Shown: positions 9,862 to 18,314 of the stretch, piece by piece
Layout: each line of letters starts with the position of its first letter
Numbering within the stretch: the first letter of the stretch is position 1
Source: a virus
Taxonomy: Duplodnaviria; Caudoviricetes
Length of the DNA: 28,573 nt
Direction: 5' to 3' (one strand)
Virus record (IMG/VR): IMGVR_UViG_3300032373_001175
Location: 1-28,573 of that record
Program-made: the position numbers and the translations under genes
Notes under the pieces: model-generated
Seen by the model: the letters and a program-made list of their open reading frames with translations, nothing else
What the model was told of the DNA's origin: nothing
Database searches by the model: none

Positions 9862-10009
9862 GGTTCTTACTCAAATGCTCGTGTTGGATTTCAAAAAAAG
9901 CGACCCATTCCATAAACTGCCTAGGCGACATGGCCTCAATCTCAGCCAAAGGTCGAGATAGCCGCCATGCCAGCGCTAGTTGGTTTCGTCGGAAGGAGTC
10001 GCATCGGAG
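9845..10009 (-). CDS. gpT-like extension of the tail assembly chaperone, reached by -1 frameshift (not in the ORF track)
   Basis: The -1 frame after G GGA AAC reads LRCDSFRRNQLALAWRLSRPLAEIEAMSPRQFMEWVAFFEIQHEHLSKNHGKIR-stop, which has the gpT-like LA..L...L.EI..M....F.EW.AF pattern. The predicted gpGT fusion is about 169 aa. Confidence 0.85.
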   Translation of the reverse strand, partial: LRCDSFRRNQLALAWRLSRPLAEIEAMSPRQFMEWVAFFEIQHEHLSKNHGKIR

Positions 10010-10353
10010 TTTCCCTTGTGTTCCTCAATATCACCGAAGAAATGCTCCTCGATCTGCTCGGCAATACGTGAAACCACGCGGTAATCGGCCTGTTGCATCA
10101 GCTTATCCCGGTCGGCAATGCTAAACAGGCGTTTGCCATCCTTATCCTTGGCTTTCACCACGATAATATTGGCAGCTTGCTCGATGTTGCTGGCTTTTTT
10201 GCTGGCGATCTTCTGCATCATGTTGACCTCAGCCATGGTCATCGGAAATACATGAATCTCCAGCGGGGTATCGCCCTCGGCCCATTCCGGGACGGTGACG
10301 ATTAGTTTCTCTTGCTGCGCATAATGAGAAGTAGCGCGATCAATAACACTCAT
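9976..10353 (-). CDS. Tail assembly chaperone (gpG-like)
   Basis: It lies between the tail tube and tape measure, has VPEW and D.DGKRLF...D motifs, and has a slippery site near its 3' end. Confidence 0.85.
   Translation of the reverse strand: MSVIDRATSHYAQQEKLIVTVPEWAEGDTPLEIHVFPMTMAEVNMMQKIASKKASNIEQAANIIVVKAKDKDGKRLFSIADRDKLMQQADYRVVSRIAEQIEEHFFGDIEEHKGNSDATPSDETN
10009..10015 (-). other. Programmed -1 ribosomal frameshift slippery heptamer G GGA AAC
   Basis: An in-frame X XXY YYZ motif (lambda G/T uses G GGA AAG) with an open, gpT-like -1 frame. Confidence 0.85.
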
Positions 10354-10361
10354 GGTGCCTC

Positions 10362-10754
10362 CTAGCTTACGGTTGATTCGGTGAGTGGCCCGGTTCCGGT
10401 AAAGCCGAAGGAAGCCTCGACAATGCCATCAAAGGCCGCGTTGTAGGCAATGGAGGTGATGATCACATCGCCCGTCCAATAGGTATCACCTGTGTCGTTG
10501 CCCTCCGGATAGAGGTTGAGCGTAATCGTCGCTCCGGCAGCAAGTGCTCCTTGGCCATTGGTATCAGTCTCATCCCAAAAACCATCAAAACTACCCGACC
10601 AGCTTTTGATCGTTGCCTGATTTTTGCGCCATGAGGTGCCAATGATAGATGCGTCGGTGGTGTCAGAGGTGACCTCCATCGACCATGATTTAATTTCAGC
10701 GATTTGGTCAGTGCCTACAAAGACCTTCCCCTCGCTGCCAGCGTGAGTAGCCAT
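10362..10754 (-). CDS. Major tail tube protein
   Basis: Strong AGGAG RBS. The 130 aa Thr/Gly/Ser-rich protein has EIKSWS.E, KSWSGS.DG.WD and GIVEASF.FTG.G motifs typical of siphophage tube proteins. Confidence 0.85.
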   Translation of the reverse strand: MATHAGSEGKVFVGTDQIAEIKSWSMEVTSDTTDASIIGTSWRKNQATIKSWSGSFDGFWDETDTNGQGALAAGATITLNLYPEGNDTGDTYWTGDVIITSIAYNAAFDGIVEASFGFTGTGPLTESTVS

Positions 10755-10785
10755 AGTGTTCTCCTATTTGTTTTGGGTTGATTGT

Positions 10786-10820
10786 AAAAAAGAAGGGGCG
10801 GTACCTTGTGGCACCGCCCC
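10786..10820 (-). terminator. Terminator-like hairpin upstream of the tail tube gene
   Basis: The minus strand reads GGGGCGGT-GCCACAAGGT-ACCGCCCC followed by TTCTTTTT. Confidence 0.6.
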
Positions 10821-10851
10821 AACACACGAAGCGCAGAAAATCAGAGGCAAA

Positions 10852-11295
10852 TCAGATTAGGGTCTGCGGTTCATGTTCCTTGACCGTATAAAGGACAGCA
10901 TAATTCATCACCGCCACGGCGATGGGCTTCTCTCCCTCATCGGAAATAAGTGTTTCTGTGGTATCCAGCACCACATCTTTGACCAACCCGCCAAGGCTAG
11001 GATCGGCAGCAATCAGCTGCTCAATTTCCAGCGCCAGCGTATCGGTATCGTCATCCACCTTGCCGCGTGCTTTGACATACGCCTCAATGCTTACCTGCAG
11101 CTCACGATGCTGCGTGCGCGGATAGCTCATTGAGGTTTGGCCCACCGTTTCTTGCTTGGTGTAAACCAGCAAGGCAGGCAGTTTTGGATCATCCAGCGCA
11201 TAGGCGCGTGCCTCAAAGACATTTGCGCCAGCTTGGGTGTTATTTTTCAGCAGGGTTGCCACCGCCCCACGAATTTGCGTACGTGCGTGTATCAT
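10852..11295 (-). CDS. Tail terminator / head-tail connector protein
   Basis: H.RTQIR.A...L, LPALLVY and LALEIE..I.ADP.LGG motifs; it sits just before the tail tube gene. Confidence 0.7.
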   Translation of the reverse strand: MIHARTQIRGAVATLLKNNTQAGANVFEARAYALDDPKLPALLVYTKQETVGQTSMSYPRTQHRELQVSIEAYVKARGKVDDDTDTLALEIEQLIAADPSLGGLVKDVVLDTTETLISDEGEKPIAVAVMNYAVLYTVKEHEPQTLI

Positions 11296-11603
11296 ATTTT
11301 CTCCATGGTAATTTCGGTGATGCCCTCATGGTCGGGGCTGATCACCACCGCTTCATAGTCCTGAGTATCGACCGTAAATTGATCAGCCACCTGCAGCTCA
11401 GGCAGATCGGTGGTGCGCACCGATAGCATCGGATTGCTCACCACCACATCGACCGTTTCGCCACCCGTAAGCTCGGAATACTCCTGCAGCATGCCGGAAA
11501 TGGCGCGAGGCGACCCACCTTGGGGGGTATAGGTCACCTCGCGGCCATCCAGCGTATCGAGTAGCGTTTGGTGGTGGCCATGCATGTCATCAATGAATGG
11601 CAT
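11292..11603 (-). CDS. Head-tail joining (gpFII-like) protein
   Basis: 103 aa, located after DUF2190, with a C-terminal D.F.V....Y......PD..G pattern and an ATGA overlap with the next gene. Confidence 0.65.
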   Translation of the reverse strand: MPFIDDMHGHHQTLLDTLDGREVTYTPQGGSPRAISGMLQEYSELTGGETVDVVVSNPMLSVRTTDLPELQVADQFTVDTQDYEAVVISPDHEGITEITMEKI

Positions 11604-11606
11604 GGC

Positions 11607-11939
11607 CTACAAGCCTACGTTAAGTAGCACTTTAACCGTTGCATCACCGGACGCTGCGGCCTCAGCCGCCACGCCCACAATGGTATTACCCGATGCAGTG
11701 GTGGTCAGATTGCTGTTGGTGCTGTTCCAATAGAGCTTTTGCCCTTGGGTTACAGCGCCGCTGGCTTTTGCCACGCTAAACACGCCGCGCACATGCACCG
11801 CGCCTGTTTTGCCATCGGCGATGGCGGTTTTAGCCACCCCGCCAATGACGCCAATCAGCACAAAATCACCGGAAGCAACATCTGCGCCCGATGGGGTATA
11901 ATCGAGGGCATTACCCTCTTGAACATAGTTAGTAGCCAT
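11607..11939 (-). CDS. DUF2190 capsid decoration/cement protein
   Basis: MATNYVQEG, GVA...IA.G..G.V...GVF and G.KLYW motifs; directly after the capsid gene. Confidence 0.85.
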   Translation of the reverse strand: MATNYVQEGNALDYTPSGADVASGDFVLIGVIGGVAKTAIADGKTGAVHVRGVFSVAKASGAVTQGQKLYWNSTNSNLTTTASGNTIVGVAAEAAASGDATVKVLLNVGL

Positions 11940-11965
11940 AAGTTTTCTCCTAATAAATTGGCATT

Positions 11966-11989
11966 AAAAAAGCGGCTGGGTAGCCGCTT
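11966..11989 (-). terminator. Intrinsic terminator after the capsid gene
   Basis: The minus strand reads AAGCGGCT-ACCC-AGCCGCTT followed by further Ts. Confidence 0.75.
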
Positions 11990-12014
11990 GTGTTAGGTTG
12001 GTTTAAGTTACGTT

Positions 12015-13994
12015 TTACGCGCCCGGATTCTTGTACAGAGTACGGAATTCAAGCGGTGCGGCAGCAGCATCGATGCGGACTTTGTATTCCACCCCATCAA
12101 TGTTCCAGCCATCCTGCTGATCCAAGAACGGTGCTGCGACACCATCCAAATAACCCACTTCAATCGTATCGAAGCGGTTAGGATCGGATAGTAGGTACCA
12201 TGCAGAGGTTGAATCCTCATCTAAGCGTGCATCTACAATCACCTCAGCAGCATTACGCACCGGGTTAGGCTTGCGGCTGTTGTTTTGTGATGGATCAGTT
12301 TCCGAAACCATCAGCACGCGAGCCGTATCTTCCAGCGCCGCAGGCACAAGAAAGAAGGATGGCGAGATATTAAGCGTCGCCTTGCCATCTTTTTGTGTGC
12401 GCATTGCAGTACGCCCAGCACCCACCGCTGCCGCACTTGGTGCTGCGCCGGAGCCTGCAAGGTTTTTGTGATCCGCGTGGAATAGCGCCGTACCATCGCT
12501 CATATTTGGATTGCTGGTAATGACGTTAAACACCAGATCACCAACGGTGCGAGCTGCAGCGCGGCCCATCTTGCGTGGAATCTCGGTAAAGGCAGTCAGA
12601 TCATCATTGATGATGGCTTGGCGGGTAATACTGAACAATTTACCATAGGTCGCCAGCTTGATGCTTTCTGCACGCTCACCGACGGTGCCATGCTTGTATT
12701 CACCACCTTCAGCTACTTCATCCAGCGAATCAAATACGCCCATACCCACGCGGCTATGCTCTTTGAAGTCGGAAAGATTGCCAGTGCGGGTAAAGCGCTG
12801 GAAAACCTCTTCGGCTTCCTCATATCCGCGCAGCATTGCCTTGCGTGAGTTGTTCTCTAGGATTTTAGGGAAGTCACTGCTGCTATGTGTAAATGCGCGG
12901 CCCACCAGCTCGCGTTTGTCCATACGCTCGGTGCGCACGCCACATAGCTCCAGCGACTTACGCGCCATCTCCATTAAGGTGAAGCCACATAAATCGGTTG
13001 GCTTGGCATCCTTATCGGCAATGCCAGCGCGGAAAGCAATGGCATCGGAAGCGGCGCGAGAGAATTTCTCTACATCACTTTCGCCCATCTCAATGCGCTG
13101 GCCATTGGCAGCAGGCTGCTCATTTTTGCCGATCGCATCGAGCAGCTGCTTGCGTGCCTCGTTGACATCAATCTCCGGATCATCAAGGCAAGCATCGCGC
13201 ACTTCCACATGGTCATCATGGCCTTCAAACAAGCCGCGAATCTCAGTGCGACGCTCTTTTTCAGCGGTTAGCGTTTCCTGACGTAAGGCATCCTTATCGA
13301 CAGGCGGGGTAGCCGGGGTGGACGTTTCTTTACGCTCCGGCGTTTCATTATCTACGACTTTCTTAGGCATAGGTTTCTCCTTTTGGTTTGGTTGGGGTTG
13401 GGGTTGGGTATTGAGGTCAGAACCCTCACGGCTCATCTCCTCGGCACTCCGACCAACCCCAACGGTGGGATCAGCGGGAATATCGACCAGTGAAATCTCC
13501 ATCGGTGTCCAGCTGACCACCCGATAGAGATCTGGTTTATCTTTGTGTTCTTCTTCCAGCTTGCGCTCATTGATGCGGTAGGCCACGGATACGTTGCGCA
13601 AAATGCCATCGCGCACATCCTGCCAAATGCCCTCCACCTCGGCGCGTTTGGAAAGGCGCACCTCAGCATAGCCACGGCCATTTTCCAGCCATGCACGCTC
13701 GACCACGCCAATACGATTTTCTCGATCGTAACGATCATGGTTGTAAAGCAGCGGGGCGCTATTATTGAGGCGCTCCATATCCACCTCAGCACGTTCATGC
13801 CCCAGCACTTCTACCCATGGCTCGCTAAAAAAGCTCTGCCGGGTGATAGGCTCCTCTGAAGAAAAAGAAAGCCGCACGAGGCGGCTTTCATCATCAACAA
13901 TCGAATCCTTGGTTAAATCAATCGTCCGGGTCAGCATCTCCGGGCTTTTTGTCTCCGGTTTTGTCTCCGGACTCTTCGTCATCTTCTTTGGCAT
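12015..13994 (-). CDS. Prohead protease (HK97/S78-like) fused to major capsid protein; probable internal start at 13370
   Basis: Protease motifs SFSSE, LLYNHD, GILRNVSVAY and EISLVDIPAD are followed by capsid motifs HSSSDFP.IL, TYGKLFSITRQAIINDD and DTIEVGYLDG. AAGGAG RBS before ATG 13994. Confidence 0.9.
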   Translation of the reverse strand: MPKKMTKSPETKPETKSPEMLTRTIDLTKDSIVDDESRLVRLSFSSEEPITRQSFFSEPWVEVLGHERAEVDMERLNNSAPLLYNHDRYDRENRIGVVERAWLENGRGYAEVRLSKRAEVEGIWQDVRDGILRNVSVAYRINERKLEEEHKDKPDLYRVVSWTPMEISLVDIPADPTVGVGRSAEEMSREGSDLNTQPQPQPNQKEKPMPKKVVDNETPERKETSTPATPPVDKDALRQETLTAEKERRTEIRGLFEGHDDHVEVRDACLDDPEIDVNEARKQLLDAIGKNEQPAANGQRIEMGESDVEKFSRAASDAIAFRAGIADKDAKPTDLCGFTLMEMARKSLELCGVRTERMDKRELVGRAFTHSSSDFPKILENNSRKAMLRGYEEAEEVFQRFTRTGNLSDFKEHSRVGMGVFDSLDEVAEGGEYKHGTVGERAESIKLATYGKLFSITRQAIINDDLTAFTEIPRKMGRAAARTVGDLVFNVITSNPNMSDGTALFHADHKNLAGSGAAPSAAAVGAGRTAMRTQKDGKATLNISPSFFLVPAALEDTARVLMVSETDPSQNNSRKPNPVRNAAEVIVDARLDEDSTSAWYLLSDPNRFDTIEVGYLDGVAAPFLDQQDGWNIDGVEYKVRIDAAAAPLEFRTLYKNPGA

Positions 13995-15495
13995 CGGGGT
14001 CTCCTTGGTTTTCGTTGAAAAGGTTAAGTTGTTGGCCACCATTGCTGGTGCTGAAATTTAGGCCAGCTTCGGTTTCCTCTTCGCGTTCCTGCTTGATTTG
14101 CTCAAACACATCCTGCGGATTATTGCCGCGTTCGCGGATCACCTGCGCACGCGATTTGAAGCCAGCTTGCACCATCTTCTCTTCCGCATTGGCCTCTTTT
14201 TGCGGGTCAATCCACGGCATGACCGGGCCTTGGAAGCTGGCTTTTTTCAAGCTGCGTGGGTTGATCTGTTCACCCGCACCCTCCAGCTGGCCGGAAAGCA
14301 CCGCCATATCGACGAACTTTTCCCAAATGGGCCGCACGCAGCGTTCGGTGAAATACTCGCGCAGCACGCCATAATTGACCGATTGCTCGACCAGCTCTTG
14401 GCGCTGCGAGCTGTAAGTACCGCGATAATCTTTTGAGATGGACGAAAAGCTGGTCGACGTGCCAGCCGCCACCGCCCGAAGCTGCGAATTGCGAAATTGC
14501 TCCAGCATCGAATTGGGCCGATTACTATCAATCATGCCCACCTCTTCACCGGGGAGTAGATTGTCAAAAATCATGCCCGGCTGCATCTTCATCAAGCGAT
14601 TGCCAGTATCATCCACCTGCAGGCCAGAGGTCGGCCCATCGAGGCTTTTGCGAATATATGCGCAAATGGATGCTGCCACTTTTGCCGCCAACCGTTCTGA
14701 CAGCTCGTAATCCTTCACATCCTCCAGCCGCGTCATCACATTTGCAAACACCGACACACCACGCGTTTGGCTAATGCGCCGCGCAATTTTGATGTGAATC
14801 ATTTTCTCAGCGGCGAAGCGTTTGGTATCGCGCTTTAAGGTAATCACATGGTTATCGCCCGGATGATCTTTATAGAGGTAATACGCCTTCGGCCTGCGCC
14901 AGACGTTTTTCTCCACCCCATGGATAATGCGCTTTTTCTCATCATTGAGATCAAACGGTAAAAAGTCCGCCTCGATCATCTCCAGCGAGTAAGGCACGAT
15001 GGTACCGTGATCCAAGTCACGGCGCGTACCTTCCACATGCTTCAGCAACACCTCACCATCACGAAACCAATGCCGGGCCAGCAACCGCAGCATCTGGTTC
15101 CAATGATGCTCCCATGTCACCTCCGGGAAGCGAATCCATTCCTCCCACAGCTCCATCAGCTGCTTGTTGACATCTGTTGCCAGCTCGCCGTTTTTCAGCT
15201 TCACTTGCGGCTCCACCGCCACACCGCGACCCACGACATTATTGACCAGGCAATCCAGCACGCCTGTTGCCAGATCGTGGTTCTCATCCAAATGCCGAGC
15301 CTGCAGCCGTAAGGATTCTCCGGCACGCTCGACAATCGCATCACCGCTGCCGGGGTCGGTTTTGGTTTTACGCAGGCGCGAGGGTTGCGCCGCCTCATAC
15401 GCACGCTGCGCTTTGAGGATTTTGCGTGCCGTATCACGGCGCAATGCCGCTTCCGGCGAGACCAGCTCAATTGTTTTATCGATTACATTAGACAT
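13918..15495 (-). CDS. Portal protein, lambda gpB family
   Basis: YEAA, LR..AR.L..N, DGEVL, RGVS.FA, YSS.RQEL.E and MPWIDP.KE motifs. Confidence 0.93.
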   Translation of the reverse strand: MSNVIDKTIELVSPEAALRRDTARKILKAQRAYEAAQPSRLRKTKTDPGSGDAIVERAGESLRLQARHLDENHDLATGVLDCLVNNVVGRGVAVEPQVKLKNGELATDVNKQLMELWEEWIRFPEVTWEHHWNQMLRLLARHWFRDGEVLLKHVEGTRRDLDHGTIVPYSLEMIEADFLPFDLNDEKKRIIHGVEKNVWRRPKAYYLYKDHPGDNHVITLKRDTKRFAAEKMIHIKIARRISQTRGVSVFANVMTRLEDVKDYELSERLAAKVAASICAYIRKSLDGPTSGLQVDDTGNRLMKMQPGMIFDNLLPGEEVGMIDSNRPNSMLEQFRNSQLRAVAAGTSTSFSSISKDYRGTYSSQRQELVEQSVNYGVLREYFTERCVRPIWEKFVDMAVLSGQLEGAGEQINPRSLKKASFQGPVMPWIDPQKEANAEEKMVQAGFKSRAQVIRERGNNPQDVFEQIKQEREEETEAGLNFSTSNGGQQLNLFNENQGDPDAKEDDEESGDKTGDKKPGDADPDD

Positions 15496-15715
15496 CTGAA
15501 AAATCCGCTAAGGCTGCTTGTTGGTTGTTTTGAATCGTTTGGGTAAAGGCAGAAACGCGGCGTTCCCAATATTGGATTTGCTCGCGTATTTCTTTTGAAT
15601 TAGCCAGCGTTAGGCTACGGCCATTCATTGAATAGCTTTGCCCCTTGGCCACGGCGATATCCGCTGCAACCCATGCATCCAGCGCGGTCTGTGCTTGTGT
15701 TAATGTAAGGCTCAT
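15488..15715 (-). CDS. gpW-like head completion protein (DUF6148-like)
   Basis: The start is re-called at MSLTLTQAQ. It has GQSYSMNGRSLT.AN..EIREQIQYW and lies between TerL and portal. Confidence 0.8.
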   Translation of the reverse strand: MSLTLTQAQTALDAWVAADIAVAKGQSYSMNGRSLTLANSKEIREQIQYWERRVSAFTQTIQNNQQAALADFSDV

Positions 15716-15900
15716 ACCAATCCCTCCTTTTTGGCCAGCCACACCGGAACGCAAATAGCGTCCTCGACTTGGGTGGTGTATTGGCGGGATAAAAAGACAC
15801 TCTTGTCTTTAATCTTCACCTGATAGGCCCGTAATGTGCCGTTTAAAAACTCACACGGGATTTTTACTACGCTATTATTGCGGTGTGATCGTCTGCTCAT
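15712..15900 (-). CDS. 62 aa hypothetical phage protein
   Basis: It fills the gap between TerL and gpW, has an ATGA coupling to gpW, and ends in VPVWLAKKEGLV, a pattern seen in small phage proteins. Confidence 0.65.
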   Translation of the reverse strand: MSRRSHRNNSVVKIPCEFLNGTLRAYQVKIKDKSVFLSRQYTTQVEDAICVPVWLAKKEGLV

Positions 15901-15914
15901 AAAAACTCTCTTGT

Positions 15915-17750
15915 TTAGTTAAAATTCCAATCCTCATAACCCATCCACTCGTTGGTAGATGCACCATCAGGCTTCTCAGTGTCGGTGCGTTGCTTAAGTC
16001 GCTCGCGCTCCTGTTCTTTTGCCAACCGATCAAGGTTGGGATTCAAAATATGCAGCGCCGCCATGCTGTAGACGCGGCAATCCAACGCCTCGTTGCGGCG
16101 ACCCTTTGGCATCACCCAAATGCGTGTGGGGTGGCCATTAACAAACTTGGTCTGTATGCGCTCTGCGGTGAGCTGCTTGAAATACTCCTCCGGGTAATCC
16201 GCAGGAAAATGACAATAGCCCGGCCCCGGCTGGTGTATCTTCAGCCGCGAGTAGATCATCTGCTTTGCTGTATCAGTGCCGATTGAAAACAATTTCACGC
16301 GTAGCTTATTAGCTTTGCTGAATTTGCTCACCAGCGGTTTACCCATCTGCGATGCACCTTTGATCGCATAGATGCGGCGATATTCCCGCGCCTTGCAATA
16401 TTCATAGACACGCTGCGTTTGGTGACCGCCCGAATCCACACAGGCGCAAGCCACCGGAAGTGTGCGCCCATCGTTGGTTTGAATTGTCTGCGACAGCACA
16501 TTGTCGAGATCTTCCCAAACCTTATTTTGCGCCGGATCGCCATGCAGCACATGATACTGCAGCGACCAGCTTTCCTGACCCACACCCCAGCCAATTACCT
16601 CAGCCTCTAGGCGGTCATCCTGCACATCGACGCCAGCGGTAATCGCCACCACGCCTTCGGGTGCCACACGCCCCCAGTTTTCTTTGCGGCCCAGCAATCC
16701 GGATGGATCAACGCCCTCGGTTTTCTCCTTCCATGTTTCGCCAAGCGAGGTGTTAACCCAAACCTTCAATGTTTCCGGCAGGCGCTTGGCCTTGAGGAAA
16801 TTCTCCACCATCTCGGCCCATTTCACCCATGGGCTATACAGCTCATTGATGTGAAACCCGGCAATGCCGTTAAACGCTGCTTCAGCTCGCCATTCGCCAT
16901 GGCCCAGCATCCACATTTTGTCACTTTCCTTTAAATGCGCCTCGCAATGCTCGCATTCGTAATAGGTCGTTTCAGGCTTTTTCTTTTCAAACTTTACTTG
17001 GCTCCATGACAGCACCTCAAATGCGCCGCACTCCGGGCATGGCACATAAAACTTGCGCTGATCGCTTTGCTGATAGCGCGATTCAATCTTGCTCTCATCC
17101 TCGACCGTTGGCGTGCTAACCGACACCAACAAGCGATTCCAAAAGGTGGTCGTCCGCTTTTGCGCCAGCGAGCCGGGATCACCCTCCGTGCCTGCTGAAT
17201 GAGGATAACGATCTTCCTCATCCAGCAGAACAATCCGGATGGGCCTGCTGGCGAGGGAGGAAGGGCTATTGGCACCAGCCATGGTGATATGCCCACCCGG
17301 AAACTTTTTATGTAGCAGCGTATTGTTACTATCGCGGCTGCGTGGATCGCCAAACAGATCGGTCAGCTCATCCGTATCGCGGATCATCGGAGCGAGGCGA
17401 TCCTTGCTCCATGTCTCCGCCATATCCAGCGTTGGCTGAATCAGCAGCAGCGGTGATGGGTCTTGGTGAGCAAAATAGCCCACGATATTATTTATAATCT
17501 CCGTTTTTCCAATTTGTGAGCTGGTCATAAACACCACCTCAGATACGCCCACCTCATTAACCGCATCCATCATGCCGCGCTGGTATGGCGCACGCTCGGT
17601 TACCCAACGGCCCGGCTCGCTACTCGCTTCCGGACTCAGCCTCCGAAACTGATCCGCCCACTGGCTCACCGTCAGCTCCGGCGGCGGCATCCAAGCTAAC
17701 GCCACTTTCTTCAAGGCTTTCGGATAGGTCTTCGTCTGTTGTGGTTTCAT
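15915..17750 (-). CDS. Terminase large subunit, lambda gpA family
   Basis: LTVSQWAD, PYQR..MDA, SSQIGKTE (Walker A), LLDEED (Walker B), STPT, CPEC/CEHC, GVDVQDDR, DSGG and RNEALDC motifs. The start is re-called at ATG 17750. Confidence 0.95.
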   Translation of the reverse strand: MKPQQTKTYPKALKKVALAWMPPPELTVSQWADQFRRLSPEASSEPGRWVTERAPYQRGMMDAVNEVGVSEVVFMTSSQIGKTEIINNIVGYFAHQDPSPLLLIQPTLDMAETWSKDRLAPMIRDTDELTDLFGDPRSRDSNNTLLHKKFPGGHITMAGANSPSSLASRPIRIVLLDEEDRYPHSAGTEGDPGSLAQKRTTTFWNRLLVSVSTPTVEDESKIESRYQQSDQRKFYVPCPECGAFEVLSWSQVKFEKKKPETTYYECEHCEAHLKESDKMWMLGHGEWRAEAAFNGIAGFHINELYSPWVKWAEMVENFLKAKRLPETLKVWVNTSLGETWKEKTEGVDPSGLLGRKENWGRVAPEGVVAITAGVDVQDDRLEAEVIGWGVGQESWSLQYHVLHGDPAQNKVWEDLDNVLSQTIQTNDGRTLPVACACVDSGGHQTQRVYEYCKAREYRRIYAIKGASQMGKPLVSKFSKANKLRVKLFSIGTDTAKQMIYSRLKIHQPGPGYCHFPADYPEEYFKQLTAERIQTKFVNGHPTRIWVMPKGRRNEALDCRVYSMAALHILNPNLDRLAKEQERERLKQRTDTEKPDGASTNEWMGYEDWNFN

Positions 17751-18198
17751 AATCAGCCATCTCCGCCAGCGCCTCATAGATGGTGCGCTTGAGGAATTTC
17801 TCAATTTCTTCCGGTTTTTCTAAATGGGCAATTTGGTAAGCAGTCTTGGTAGGAATACCGAGCATCTTCGCCCTGCATGCTGCCACCATATCTGTCCAAT
17901 CCGCCTCCACGCGCTCCACGGTCACCAGCGACCCGGTGCGCTCGGCCAGTTCAATCTCCGCCATGTCCGCCTGCGCCTTTAATAATCGCGCACGCTCAAG
18001 ATGCGTATCCTGCGGCACAGCGCCTTTGCCAAATGCACGCTGCTGCAGATAATCGATGTAGGATCGAACGCTTCCAACCAGCTCGTACTGGTTCTTTTCT
18101 GGCTTGGGTATAATCCCTTCTTGGGCCAGCTGCTGCACGCGTCGCTCGGTTAATCCAAACAATTTGGCGATGGTTGATACAGGATAGGACGTAGCCAT
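17620..18198 (-). CDS. Terminase small subunit (Nu1-like)
   Basis: N-terminal HTH (IAKLFGLTERRVQQL..EG), coiled coil ERARL.KAQAD..E.....G.LV, and overlap with the TerL start. Confidence 0.9.
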   Translation of the reverse strand: MATSYPVSTIAKLFGLTERRVQQLAQEGIIPKPEKNQYELVGSVRSYIDYLQQRAFGKGAVPQDTHLERARLLKAQADMAEIELAERTGSLVTVERVEADWTDMVAACRAKMLGIPTKTAYQIAHLEKPEEIEKFLKRTIYEALAEMADYETTTDEDLSESLEESGVSLDAAAGADGEPVGGSVSEAESGSE

Positions 18199-18239
18199 TT
18201 AACACACTCATTTTATTACACTTTTTCCATCGAATTGAC

Positions 18240-18268
18240 TTGATTAAGCCTGTGATTGAAGCATTCAT
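18240..18268 (+). promoter_or_regulatory. Putative promoter for the DUF3489-like gene
   Basis: TTGATT-N17-ATTCAT, with a similar motif before DUF2924 at 25760-25788. Confidence 0.4.
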
Positions 18269-18314
18269 AGGATTGTCCACAGGGCAAATATTAACCAAAC
18301 CAAGGAGTGTTTAA

